A stretch of DNA of 248,000 bases, taken from positions 1,012,001 to 1,260,000 of the forward strand of contig JAMWBK010000004.1 of NCBI GenBank assembly GCA_029953675.1, given 5' to 3'. The notes under the pieces are model-generated. The model was given only the letters and a program-made list of their open reading frames with translations, did not search any database and was not told the DNA's origin. This document shows positions 39,101-51,849 of this stretch, piece after piece; position 1 is the stretch's first letter, and the number at the start of each line of letters is the position of its first letter. The position numbers and the translations under genes are program-made. This stretch comes from Rhodosorus marinus CCMP1338 (Eukaryota; Plantae; Rhodophyta).

Positions 39101-41600
39101 GGAGGGGAAGCGAGCCTCCTTCCAAAGAAATCCACCGCCGGAGCCAACTCCGAAAACGCGTACGCCAAATGCCCTAGTCTCCGCCCTCCTTCAGGACATA
39201 AGACTGTAGATCCATAGGCTGCGACCTCGCAGCCGTGCCTGGAGCGCTAATCGTGCTTCTCCCCCTTAGACCCGGGGGAGTCGGTCCTCGCTCTCTTACC
39301 TCCTATCCGCACCAAAGTCGTGAGCCGCCCACTCCGCGAGGCTCGCGGAACGGATCCCGCGGGCTTCAGCAAAGTAACCTGGGCGTCCTCCACCGCCATG
39401 CCCTCAGTCTGCTCCCCTGACTCACCACTCTCGCTGGAAGTGGTGCTGGAAGCAGAGCCCTCCAAATCCCCAACCACTGCAGCTCTGTCTTGTAGCGCGA
39501 AGTCAGCACAAGTCGCCTCTCCAGATCGAAGAAGCTGGACACCGCCATGCGCAGGTGACGAGGGCCCGACCGGAACCGCTCCAACAAGATCAAGGCGCTG
39601 AATCCGTAGCCAATGGATCGCTGCCGCCTTCACGCTGCTCTCATGCTCAGAGAGCCCTGCCGTTTCTCCCGGAGACAGGAAATTGCCCGAGAAACGGTCA
39701 AAATCGAAGTGCAAAACCACCTGCGGGTTGCAGCGCAGCCACCGGGCGCTCTCAGGCCACTGCTCGGTAGGCTTCGCCAGCAAGGCCTCCAGGTACTTGG
39801 CGGCGGTTGCGGAGACCAAAAACAGCACATCGCGGCCCTCATAGTTTGCGAAGAAGAAATCACCCCGGCTGCACCCTAACGATTCCGCAAAAGTGTCCCG
39901 GAAGTCTCGCATAGACGGAACCTGGCCTCGTGTAGTCTGGGGCCGGACATTTCGCACCCACAGAAATTGGAGAGTGGTCTCCACAGGTCCATCCTGAGGC
40001 TCGCGAGATGGTAGGAAACGGCGCATAGCCGCCGTACATGTGGCAGTGGTGCCCTTCCGCAAGACTGGGGCGTACGAAGCGCCCCCCTTGCGGCCACCAC
40101 GTGCCCCCGCAGTAGCCGGGAGCTGGTGACCACCTGAGGGCTGGTCCAAGAGAGGGAATTCCACAGCTGCAGTATCCTCCACACCGGTTGCCGCACAGTC
40201 ACCACCACCATTGCCTCGAGTCCCCGAGCGCTGAGGCGCGTTTTGGCCTTGCTGCCGCTCCCCAACGTCGTACTGTCCCGCGCAGAAGCAACCGCCCTCG
40301 CCTGTCCCGGGACAGGTTCATGTTGATTGACCTGATGTTGACTGCCTTCAGCCAACGCTGCCACTCTTGTGCAATTCAAATTCTCGTCCGAATTTGAATT
40401 TGACCTGGCCAGCAATCCCGATTCCAGCCCACCTAGCTTCTGGGTGAGCTGAGGGAGCACTACATGATCACTCGCAGCCGTGATCAGGCTGGTGACAGCG
40501 GAGATAAGTGCACGCGCCTGGGTGCCAGAAGCGCCTTACAAGTCAACCTCGGAAGAAAAGGTGCCGCAGCTGAGGCGAACACGGAGTCCCCCACCTGGCA
40601 GTGCCTCCTTGGGATGAGGCTCCGTCGAGCGCGGAGATATCCCTACCATCCTGAGGGAATGCGCAAAGGAAACGTTGCACCACCAATATGAAAACCTCCT
40701 ATGTAGAAGGTGTAATTGAAAAGCTAGTAAACATGGAGAGGAGCATTGGGGTTTTGTTTCTTTTTCGGTCGCGAGCGTGTTCGTTTACGGGAAGCGCTTC
40801 CTCTGGTACGCCTTCCCCTCGATTTTCCGCGGTGCGTCGTTTGCATTTGCAACTACTTCTGTCTTCCGGGTGGGTGTGTTGCAGGGCCTTTCCTATTTGG
40901 GTTGGGTGTGGTCGATTATTCTCTCGGAGCGGTTTCATATTGGTGGTGCAACGTTTCCTTTGCGCATTCCCTCAGGATGGTAGGGATATCTCCGCGCTCG
41001 ATGGAGCCTCATCCCAAGGAGGCACTGCCAGGTGGGGGACTCCGTGTTCGCCTCAGCTGCGGCACGTTTTCTTCCGAGGTTGACTTGGGAGGCGCTTCTG
41101 GCACCCAGGCGCGTGCACTTATCTCCGCTGTCACCAGCCTGATCACGGCTGCGAGTGATCGTGGAGTGTTCCCTCAGCTCACCCAGAAGCTAGGTGGGCT
41201 GGAATCGGGATTGCTGGCCAGGTCAAATTCAAATTCGGATGAGATTCAAATTCGGATGAGAATTTGAATCTGACCTGGCCAGCAATCCCGATTCCAGCCC
41301 ACCTAGCTTCTGGGTGAGCTGAGGGAACACTCCACGATCACTCGCAGCCGTGATCAGGCTGGTGACAGCGGAGATAAGTGCACGCGCCTGGGTGCCCGAG
41401 AATTTGAATTGCACCAGAGTGGCAGCGTTGGCTGAAGGCAGTCAACATCAGGTCAACCAACATGAACCTGTCCCGGGACGGGCGAGGGCGGTTGCTTCTG
41501 CGAGGGACAGTACGACGTTGGGGAGCGGCAGGCAGGGCCAAAACGCGCTTCAGCTCTCGGGGACTCGAGGCAATGCAATCCGGTCGATCTAAGACACAGC
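36130..41600 (-). mobile_element. Near full-length CRE-like family B element (ORF1 ~40649-39247; ORF2 RT-RLE fragmented) with rearranged 5' end
   Basis: RT motifs LRGIGMVESLRK, VVDFRNAFNSV, GVQQGDP, YHDDV; zinc motif and RLE; tail agtaaagtcc. Confidence 0.9.
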
Positions 41601-43479
41601 TGGATACCGTCGACGAGGGCAACTTACCCAACACTGGGGGCGTTGGCCAACCGTGCAGTGTGTGTGTTAATCGGTACTCGCACGCTTCTTTAATGCTGCA
41701 GCCACAACCCTGTGGGCTCACTGCGTATTTGTCAAGGTAGTTGCGTAGTCCAAAGCCATCGATACTTTGGCAGTTCCAAAACACGCTACTACCAGTAAAA
41801 CCACCACCATAACTAGCTAGGATATTTTGGCTTTGGTGTAGAGTTCGAGCGATTGGCGGTTTTACTGGTGGTTTTATTTAGCATCGCCTAAAGCGCTACG
41901 CAAGGCGTGAAAAGGAACTAAGAACTAGGTAGGGAGGCGTGTAAACCCAGGTGGCGATGTCGCGCCTCGGCGGGGATGCTGCTAGAATATCGCCACAGAG
42001 AGACACTTAAACTGCGTAAGAGTTCCAAGTATTCGGTAGGATGCTCAGCGAAACATTTCCGCAACCACTCCAAACCCGACTTCTCCACGTGACCAAAGCC
42101 TTCCACAATGAAAGGCTGGAACCGGTGGGAGCGACCCTCTGCGCAATACAGACCGGCCATACTCTCAGCATACCGTCGCTCATTCTAACATCGTCTTATG
42201 CGCCTCGCAAGACGTAAAAGTTAAAGCGGACGATCTGAATTCATATTCCTTCATAGTAAAGACCGACATCTATCATTTTTGACGATGTATGTATCAACAG
42301 CTTCTCTAGAGGACCGGCTCAACAGGGTTGTTGAGGAAATGAATTGCCACCCTGGGCCGGGGAAAATAGGCGGACAATATTTCGCATTTGCCCACGCTCG
42401 GCAGAATGCAAGTCAATAGCGTAGGCTAGTATGAGGTGTCTCTTTAACCCCAAGACCCTAAACCCCTACCGCCCAAACCGCTTCCATGGATCAGTGGAAG
42501 TAGAAATAGTCGTAAATATTGGCTTTACCACCCAGAATGAAATTGTTACACAGAAACGTCTAACCTCCATTTTATGGTTGAAAACGTAGAAAACTCTTGA
42601 AAAAATTTTATTGACTGAATCAGAGATTTTATTCACCAATATAAATATATTTCAAGCAGATTTAATAGGCGCGCCCAACCGCCACCTGGACTTACAGGTC
42701 TTCCTTCTCCCTAGTCTTGCGAAGCGCAGCATGCTATGTTAGTAAAACCTGCAATAGTATATAAATTATATTATAATTGATATCACTTGAAACGGAAACG
42801 TCGCCTCTGACACAGATTCGCAACAAAACAACTCTCCCCTCAATACTGGCTTTACTACCCTCAATACTAGCTTTGGATTTGTAACAAACCCAGCTGATGG
42901 AATCGTCCAGACAAGACCAACCTTGTAAAGGTTTTTTCATGAAAACAGTTAATGTACCCATGCGTTGTGGAGGAGTGGAGGCTGACCAGCTGGAATGAAT
43001 GAACTTGACGCGGGCGCGCTTAAGAAAGCGAAAAAGGCAATTTTTGAGGGCTTTTGCGGCCTCTGTATGGATAAAAACGATTGGTTATACTCTCCAGCAG
43101 AATTGCTACCTCTGCCTTCTGGATCACCGCCATGGCTTCTTTGGAGGGTACTTGGACCAAAGGTTCTACTGTACGCAGAGTATCCCAAGGAGACTCTACG
43201 GTAATCCTGATCTCAAAATGAACTTCGATTTGTGGAGGGGGCAACCAGCGGCGTGGAAATTTACAACTCTCCATTGTCACCAATGGCTCCCACGGAACGG
43301 CGAGGTTGACAACCGGATTTACACTTCAGATATCTGAAACTAGTCCTCGACGTATCCAAGAGCTCCTTTGATAGCCTATATATCCAAGCTCGCCGTGGTC
43401 GAATGAATATGTTTCTTCACCGTAGTCGGTGTTTAGGAAGAGCTAAGTGGTGAGTCAAAACTTCTAGTTCGGAGCAGCC

Positions 43480-44013
43480 ATGAAGGGAATAGCAGTTATT
43501 TGTGTTATCGCGTGCACTATCGGCGTAGCTGTCTCGGTGCAGCTTGGGGGTCGCGCTGAACCGGAGATTGATCCGCCGATTCCTCCAGTTGGACGTCCTT
43601 CGGAGTACAAGGACCTCTCCATCACGGTGCTGGAGGTCAACGGTGAGGAGAGCTATCTGTGGTGGCGGGTAGACAGTGGGATCAACTGGTGGCCAGATCC
43701 GTATGTCGTCATCACGGCCTACCGGAAAGACGGACCCAAGAGAACGCGACGGACGTCAGTGAAGTCGGTCAAATCCCATCGCGTCGTCTTCAACCAGAAC
43801 CTGAGCTTCGGGAGAGGCATCTGGGAGTCGATCTACGTCGAAGTATGGGATTCAGACTCGTGGCCATCGAGTGATGATAACATACTCAAGTCATCGGTCA
43901 TTGGCGTCGATGAATTCATCACCGGAAGGTACAGAACCGATCCAGTTCGTTATCGCGGCTTTGAGAACAGAAATCAGGGCACGAAGGTGTACCTTACCGT
44001 ACGACTTCAGTGA
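43480..44013 (+). CDS. Secreted single C2-domain protein
   Basis: Signal peptide; PDPYVVI, VFNQNLSF, VEVWDSDSWPSSDD. Confidence 0.8.
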   Translation: MKGIAVICVIACTIGVAVSVQLGGRAEPEIDPPIPPVGRPSEYKDLSITVLEVNGEESYLWWRVDSGINWWPDPYVVITAYRKDGPKRTRRTSVKSVKSHRVVFNQNLSFGRGIWESIYVEVWDSDSWPSSDDNILKSSVIGVDEFITGRYRTDPVRYRGFENRNQGTKVYLTVRLQ

Positions 44014-44599
44014 AACCACCACCACTTCAGTAAGATAGCTCATCAATCGGCGAACTCGCCTAGAGGGGGCTCAGTTAGAGATTCAAATTTGTATCCATAG
44101 CACACTAAATGCTTCCGCTAACAAAGCTCACTCGCCGGCTTCCCGGACGAGGACGGAACCTAAGCGTATCGAGTGCGAATCGTAGGCCCGGTACCGTGTT
44201 TCCTGTGGTTCCGTTAGTTTCGGGAGTTCATACGTGACGTATCGTTCTAGATCATTAGAAAGCGCACTAAAGTTCAAATTTGATGTGACTTGACTAGTAC
44301 TTTTTTGAAAGTCTATGAAGACGCTGATTGATCAGGAGCTGCAGCTTATGTGCCAAAAGAATAACTTCAAGCGGGATCTGTGAGCAGCCAGCTGCCAATT
44401 CTTCATCGATTGTTGCTTGGAATGTACTCAATGCGACTCCGTCCAAAACTACGACTCCCTCAATCGCCTTGGATCTTCAGCTGAGTCCATAGGAATAGGT
44501 GACGGTGAACAGGTCATGAATGAAGAGTTGTCAGGGACGTAAGTAGATGAATAGACGTCGTAGTCCACACAACGCCTCGCTTCTTCAGTAGTTGGCGAC

Positions 44600-45810
44600 A
44601 GACTCTGAAACACAATTGGACTGGATCTAGCTACCTAGGAGCGCTACTCGACGCCAGCACGTCGACGAACCTCACCGAACAGCATGGCATTCGACTCCTG
44701 CTACACTCGACGGATCAACTTGGAGAACAATTAATCGAATCGAGCCTGCAATCAAAACGCAGATTGTCACGAGGAACACCGACCCCCATACTCCGCCTTA
44801 CGGAATGGCGAGCGTTGGAGAGTCAAGAACAAGAAGGGTACCCGCACACACCACCCGACAGGCCCTTGGTCGGTTCAACTCAAAAACTCCTCTCCAACTG
44901 GAATCACGGACGGGCATTCGAGGAATTGGTGGGGAACGCGGAGATCAGCCAGACGATACGTGCGCGGACACGCTCCTGCAAGGGATCTGGAGGAGGTACC
45001 TGGCTGCGAGACTTGCGAACGAAACACGGACGGGGTCTGAGTAGCGTGCGTGGAACTGAACCTGAGCCTGCGACAATTGTTGGGATTGCCGCTGCCGGAT
45101 GTACGAACACTTAGTACGTGTACGATCTGTTCACAACCACACCACGCTGCAGGCATTCAACGCCTCCGCCACTGCACCAGCTCTACCGGGAGCTGGGCAC
45201 TTCGGCAAAACATGGTCAGGGATGCACTGGCGACAGTAATGAGACAATGGCGACTCGAAGTGACAGTAGAACCGACTGGACACTACCAAAGCAGTCGGCT
45301 TCGGCCTGACATCCAAGCTCGACATCCACGAACAGAACAGGCAAGCTCTACATGATCGATGTGAAGGTGACCTCGCCGTTGCAAAGAACACACCTACACA
45401 AAGCGTCTTGGGAGACCGGATATGCGGCACTCAAAGCGGAAAAGTTTAAAGAGTCCAAATGCCGTGACAGTATCGGAGAACACAACGACCACATCTTCAT
45501 CCCCTTCTGTCTAGAAACATTTGGGTGTGGGAAAACAAGCGAGTGAATTCCTGCAGGAAACGACTGTACACCTGGATCAGCGGGCAACGCGAGTAAGTGA
45601 GGCTCGGGCGATCTTAAACCGCACCCTGTGGAAAGGCAACGCTATCCTTGCCACCCAGGCTCGTTTCGACGAAGTAGACTATGACATCGTCCCAATCTTA
45701 GAACGTACCCACACAACCCAATAGGAGTTTCGTTGCTGACCAATAGCGTCCTTATTCCCTCTTAATGGGCTCCAATAGGGAGCTCTTCAGTAAAGTGTAC
45801 AAGGTTACAG
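44600..45810 (+). mobile_element. CRE-like family F 3' part
   Basis: SCKGSGGGTWLRD, RQNMVRD, LRPDI, IDVKV, FIPFCLETFG, LNRTLWKGN. Confidence 0.75.
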
Positions 45811-47355
45811 ATAGTGATAGACTATTAAAAAACAGTATAAAAGAACTGGGTATCTGAGCGAAAATCTTCCCACAAAAACAGGCGCGATTCCTCGATAAGG
45901 GGGTCCAATAAATGGTCCGACATTCAATCAACGTTAGTATTATTAGACAGGAGATGATTGATTCTTTTTTCAATTATTATTAATCATCTCCAGCCCAGGT
46001 ATTGAATCATGATTACTTCTGAGGTAGCAAGCTCTCACTCGCATATCCGTTGGAAATCTGTCTCCGGCATTGAATAGCGATCATTTCAGGGTGTGACAGA
46101 CTGTCCCTATCAATTTAATGGTTTTTCTATATACTGGATGACCACAGCGCCGTCGTTTTAGCGCATCTGGGTTTGGTATAATAGCCAAAGCCCGAGTAGT
46201 GATAGAGGGGATAGTGGAAGAGAGAAAAGAAGAGAGATGGGATAGTGGAAGAGAGAAAAGAAGAGAGATGCGCAGCCGCAAAAGTTGAAATTCTTGAGAC
46301 AGGTGAGTTCTTACAGTGGATTGTGTCTATTGCGTATTGGTGTGAGCTTCATCATCGAATCGCGTAGAACGCTTTAGCCGGAAGGGGTTGCACGAAAGCG
46401 AATTGTTCGCGTCGCTTTCTCGGGCGATTTTGGAAACCGAATTTTCATCAGATATTTACAACAATATCATTATAAAATGGAGGCATCTCATAGTTAGTAT
46501 TTTATGCAGAGTTTGTTTTGTCCGACACTTTTATTGAGTTTGTCTTCTACAACATTTTTATTGATTTATAGGAAGTTAGGACCCACGTGTGTGCGGAGAA
46601 AATTTGATCCTCCAAAAAAGAACACACTTCTAAACAGTTTCTCATTTTTTTCGATGAATGATGAGAAGCGGCGAAAGCTTTAGCTTCGTTCTCTTCGAAT
46701 TTTGAAGCTTCAGCTTTAGCTCATCATCGAGTGCACTTGGCAGTTTATGGATCCTTTGGTTCCCGTTGACTAAGTGTCTCAGGGCCTTGTTTGTCCGATT
46801 GACGTTTCTTCTTGTGGTGCCCGTATGAACGCTCATTGATGTTGGAAAGAGGTGCAAATATGCGGTTTAGCTCATCGTCGAGTACTTGGCAATTGAGTGA
46901 TGTGAGTTTATGGATTCCTTTGGTTCCCGTTGACTAACTGTACTCGGGGCTTTATAACCCCATGAACTGACCCTCAAGAATACATATATAGGACGGAAAG
47001 ACCTCGAATCCAGAAGGAGAGCAGCGTTGCTTCGCGACGAATTGTCTTCGATTGAACAAATTCATTCTGTAGTTGCGTGGAGGATTGTTCTTGTTAGTTT
47101 CTGCAAAGAGCAGAAAAATACATTTGAGAGCGGAGGGTCCTGAGTTGTAGCACTGAATGAATGTACCACTAGAGCACGAACGTCGCCAGCACCACTGCTA
47201 AACTACTGTTCTCAAATAGGAAAATTTCGGAGCCGAGCAACCTTTCAATGTCAAGTGCACGGTTTTACGTTATACATGATATATGTTTGCAACTGCGGAA
47301 TTATGTAGACTGTACTCTGAGAAGGTTTCTACATCATGGTGAACAAAGGTTGATC

Positions 47356-49290
47356 TCACACCTTGCGAGCCACGAATATCTCACAAGCTTTGCTGCCCTT
47401 CCGTCCTGAAGCGACAACCCAACCGTCGGGATCTACAACCAGGCAGGCCATGTTCAACGCTGGAGCAGCGGGCACGAGGCTTATGTAGCCCTTATTCCCA
47501 ATCTCCATGAAGAATTCTGCCTTGTCAGAAGGCGGTCTATCTATATCCCTCGTGGCTGTCACCCTGCCAGTCCCAACATCAACTTCTAGCTTCTTTCCGG
47601 TAAGCCTTGACTGAAGTTCCACCTTTCCATTCCTCGAGTGCATAACTGTGAAGAGGAAGGATTTAATCTTTGATGGCAAAAGAACCTTCACCGCCCGTAT
47701 CTGGGATTCTCCAGTCGTCTCCACTAGACGATTTTGAGCGCTCATTCGCAAGATGACTTTGCTTCCAGACAACGGAACTGGTCCAGAGCTAAGGGAAACT
47801 TTCATCTTCCTATCATTTGCACGTGATGTGGACGCAATTATTCTTCCCCTTTCGGATCCCTCTTCCGGTCTTAGGTAACCAAAGCCCTGTCTCGCCGATT
47901 GGACTGCTTCTTCTCCAGCGCCAACATTCCTCAGTCTAAATTTGAGCCTGGTATTCCAAGAGTTGGGGTTATACCATGTAGAAGCTTTAAGAACAACTTC
48001 AGCGCCCTCCTTGATAAGAGTCGCCACTCTTCCATTCACAGTTGACCTCAGCGAGAAAAGGGAGCCCGGCGAGGGTTCTCCAATCATCATCCACTGCGAG
48101 GCAAAGCGTGCCACCTCTGACTCGGCGTACACCTGATCGCTTGCATTGTCCTTTGACAGGAACAGACCGGCTCCGCTTGACTTGAGCGCCACGATGGAGC
48201 CGGAAGGTGTGTATGTATCGGACGGTGTGATATCCGGTACGATCTCTTGAAATCCATCTAGCGTCCTGAAAATATATCCGTAGGGAGTTCTTTCCATCGG
48301 TCCACGGTATAATTGGCTACCCATTTCCCACTTAACGTTTCCATCCGCATCCAGTTTTATAATGTTTGAACCGCCTAGCACCACCCCTCCATCCTCATCC
48401 GCGAGCATCGAGTACAGGACAGTGCTCGGGATCTCCGTAATTGTCTTCTTCCACAGGATTTGCCCACCTTTGCCTAGCTTGTGGACGCGATAGTTTTGAG
48501 GTGCGGAGGTGTCATGGTCTAGGTTCGTCGTACAACCAACAAAGTAGCTTCCATCGGCTCCGTATACTGGTGCCGCGTTCCTTTCCTGGCTACAAAAACT
48601 CCCGGTGGTGCTCAGTTTCTTTCTCCATAATAGCGTCCCGGATTTCGATATTTTGTGGACGAAGAGATCTCCACCGCTGTTCATAGAAGATATGATATTA
48701 AGGTTCTCCACCTCGACAATACCACCTCCCCGTTCTCTATAGTACTGTCCTGGTGAGAAAAATTTTCTCCAGAGACGGTTCCCGTCTGCATCCAACTTGA
48801 GAATCTCTGCTTCGGCAACAACAATTGACCCGTCTCTGAGCTCAATCACCCCGGTGGGAAAGTCATCCTCTATGAAGTCAAAAGGGTGGTCCCAACTCAA
48901 GTCACGGTTCGAGTCGAATCTCTGCACACCTGCATCCTCCCCAGAATACGACCTTGTACCGGCTATGACTATGTCACCGTTCCTCGTGCGAGCAGCAACT
49001 TGGCATTGAGAATCGTGCGGAACCAAAAGTTTTCTCTCAGATACCACATACGACCCTCTGGTAATCTCAAAGTATTCGCAACCTATTCCGTTGTAACCAT
49101 TTTTACCAACAACCCCAAAGCTATCGCCTTCCAAAGGAAATACGTAAGACAAGAACGTCGGCGTCTGAGGATCATTTCTCGCGTTGTCATAGCTAAAAGT
49201 GATCGTGGAGGATATCTTCTCCGCTGTACTAAAAGTGGAGAATACAGCCCCCAAAGCAAGGACACAGAATAGAGTACTCAGTCGAATCAT
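47356..49290 (-). CDS. Secreted protein: bacterial-like beta-propeller plus fascin/beta-trefoil-like C-terminus
   Basis: 644-aa intronless ORF with signal peptide, repeated KLDADGN..W units and LQS..GK.L trefoil-like repeats; paralog at 157.7-159.8 kb. Confidence 0.75.
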   Translation of the reverse strand: MIRLSTLFCVLALGAVFSTFSTAEKISSTITFSYDNARNDPQTPTFLSYVFPLEGDSFGVVGKNGYNGIGCEYFEITRGSYVVSERKLLVPHDSQCQVAARTRNGDIVIAGTRSYSGEDAGVQRFDSNRDLSWDHPFDFIEDDFPTGVIELRDGSIVVAEAEILKLDADGNRLWRKFFSPGQYYRERGGGIVEVENLNIISSMNSGGDLFVHKISKSGTLLWRKKLSTTGSFCSQERNAAPVYGADGSYFVGCTTNLDHDTSAPQNYRVHKLGKGGQILWKKTITEIPSTVLYSMLADEDGGVVLGGSNIIKLDADGNVKWEMGSQLYRGPMERTPYGYIFRTLDGFQEIVPDITPSDTYTPSGSIVALKSSGAGLFLSKDNASDQVYAESEVARFASQWMMIGEPSPGSLFSLRSTVNGRVATLIKEGAEVVLKASTWYNPNSWNTRLKFRLRNVGAGEEAVQSARQGFGYLRPEEGSERGRIIASTSRANDRKMKVSLSSGPVPLSGSKVILRMSAQNRLVETTGESQIRAVKVLLPSKIKSFLFTVMHSRNGKVELQSRLTGKKLEVDVGTGRVTATRDIDRPPSDKAEFFMEIGNKGYISLVPAAPALNMACLVVDPDGWVVASGRKGSKACEIFVARKV

Positions 49291-50497
49291 GTTTCAATTT
49301 TTTTTTCCAACCCGAGGTTCCTTCGGCCGTCAGGAAGTATGAGAGCTCATCTCACCAAACTCTCATCCACTCCAATTCACTCCAATCCACTCCAATCCAC
49401 TCCAATCCAGTCAATCTTGGGGAGATATGCGCTTCACCGGGAGTTTTCTCATCTACCTCTAAGGACTCGGTCAACATCTCTCTGACTGCGCGCACTGAAC
49501 AGCAGCATATTAATACCCTTCCGCCGTATGCGCAGAACGTGGAGGCTAACCCAATGTCGCTGAAGTGAAAAGACAAACCAAATCGGAGATTTTCATCCTT
49601 CTCATCCCTTCTTGGCCTTCCTCTTCTCAGCGGTCAAACATATCTGCTTGCGATATGACCATTCATAATTTTGAACACTCTGATCTGCAAGCATTCTAAA
49701 TGGTCTCAGATCATGATATGAATATCAGTGGACAGGTTACTGGTCCACCCGGAGGGTAAAAACTTGCTTGAGAACAAAGTACACTTCAAATTTAAGTTCA
49801 TATATATACATAACCCAAGATGCTGTTGCGTTACGGGCTAACTTAGATAATCCTGCAGGCAATAGGCAAAACAGATGGACTAATTTAGAACGTCATCAGC
49901 GTCTAGATCTGCGTGCAGAAGCATATTTTGTACGTGTCGTCACGTCCCTATCTAAAATATTTTATAATCAACAATAAATTGGGTAGCAAGGAATTTTCTG
50001 TTGCGAGTTTCTAGTCTCCAAGAAAGAAAAATCGTCTTATTTATAGAGTTCCATAACTTTGGATGCACTTCTAATAATGTTTAACGCTTTTTATACGTTT
50101 TTCATGCTATTTATTTTGCTTTTGGCCGCCCTAAAAATATTATTTTTACTTTGTTTTACAGTTTTTTATGCTCTATGCTCTATTATATGTCTTACCTTGT
50201 GAAAATGGATTCTCAGTTGTAAGCTATTCTCGTTGACTGGCTTCAGGCAGCCTGGTAGGCTGCTAGTCCAGATATACTGAAAAGCGGTCAAAACTGCATA
50301 AAAAGCCTAAAAAAACCAACACGTAGACCAGGCACATCTTGAGCTCGCGGTGCGAAATGATTGTGTTGCGTATGTAGGTTTTGGTTCGGGATGTTGCTCG
50401 TTTGGTACTGTATAGGGGGTTTCACATTTGTTTATTTTTATAGATTTGCTATTCATTTTTGATTGCCTCACTTCATTCGTACCCTGACCCCACGCCT

Positions 50498-50965
50498 CAA
50501 AATGATGAACGCCGTGTAGCCGACCTGGTGATCACCTGTGACGACAGCCGCCGTACCACATACGTTGATCTTGCTGTTCCTAACCCTCAAGCTAGTCGTT
50601 ATCTCCCGGCTGCGGGGGAGCGCCGTGGATCTGCCGCCGCCAGCATGAGACGCCGCAAAGAGATCAAATACGCGGGGGCTTTGTCTTCCCCTGGTGTTCG
50701 TGCTTCGGCACTAGCACATCGCTTGGTACCCCTGATCATTGAGTGCTTTGGGTTCATGGACTCTGTTGGTTCTCGCTGGCTTCGGGAGTTGTTCCGCGAA
50801 CGCCCTGACCGTCTTCAATCGTTGTTTACCCGCTTAAGTTTCCTGCTGTGGCGCATGAATGCCGCTTTGATGTTGGAGGCGCGAGTACTTCGCCGCGCTT
50901 AGTCTTTTTTTCCCCTGGGTTTTTTTTTTTTTTTTCAGCCTCCGATTAAACCATTCGTTCGTCGA
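50498..50965 (+). mobile_element. CRE-like family A 3' fragment (~470 bp)
   Basis: Near-identical to the 3' end of the 167-172 kb element. Confidence 0.9.
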
Positions 50966-51052
50966 CCCCTCAATGAGTACTCTAGCGTTCGTAGTCCCCG
51001 ACTGCGATGGGCCGTCCTCATTCACTACAGTAGAGACTCTATGACGGCAATA

Positions 51053-51355
51053 GTAGGGGTGTTGTGCCAAATTGGGTAGGGTTTTTGCGGGGGGGCGGGA
51101 TTTTGCCGAGGGGATCGGGATTTTCGCTGTTTACCCCTCTAAAACCCACTGTTTTCACAGGTTTAACCACTTCTTGGTCATAAACATCGAAAAAACCGAC
51201 CCACTTCGCACAACCCTAGTAATAGTAGGGTCTGCCAAGGCTGTCGGTTTTGCCTGTTAACTCTCTAGAACCCTCTGTTTTCGCGGGTTTAACCACTTCT
51301 GGGTCGTAAAGCGCGAAAAACCCAACCCACTTGGCACAACCCTAGTACTAGTAGG
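51053..51355. mobile_element. Tandem MITE-like elements with TAGGGTTGTGCCAAGTGGG-type termini (hAT-like)
   Basis: Imperfect terminal inverted repeats; the same terminus occurs at ~3196, 18795, 77775 and 114250. Confidence 0.6.
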
Positions 51356-51849
51356 GTTGTGCAGGAAACGAATTACCCACCAGTGCCGGATGTGATGGTG
51401 ACATCGCCACTTCAAAGGCATCAGTTGAGACATACGAGCTGGAGCTGGGGGTATGCTGCGAAACAAGCAGAACAAGCGAAGGCGTTGCATTATAAGGAAG
51501 TGTTGAGCGGGCAAAACCGAGATGTGGTTCTTGTGCCGTTCATTTTTGAGACTTTTTGTCGAATAGGCCATGCAAGCCTTGAATTTCTTCGAACGGCGAG
51601 CGCGCACCTGCATGATCGTGACTCCCATCTATCGTCGGTGAGGGGTTAATTAAACCGCATTTTGTGGCAGCACAATGCTGCGCTAGTTGAGCACGCGATC
51701 GAGAAAGATCGCGCAGATAGACCCATATTTCCCCTAAGTAGAATTTAGATGAGACTGTTGGACAGGGAGTCCAGGTTTGGTTAGTGCGTACGTAGTGATC
51801 GTGTGATGCGCTACATTAGGTAGCTGCCCAATAAAGGCTACGGGGAATA

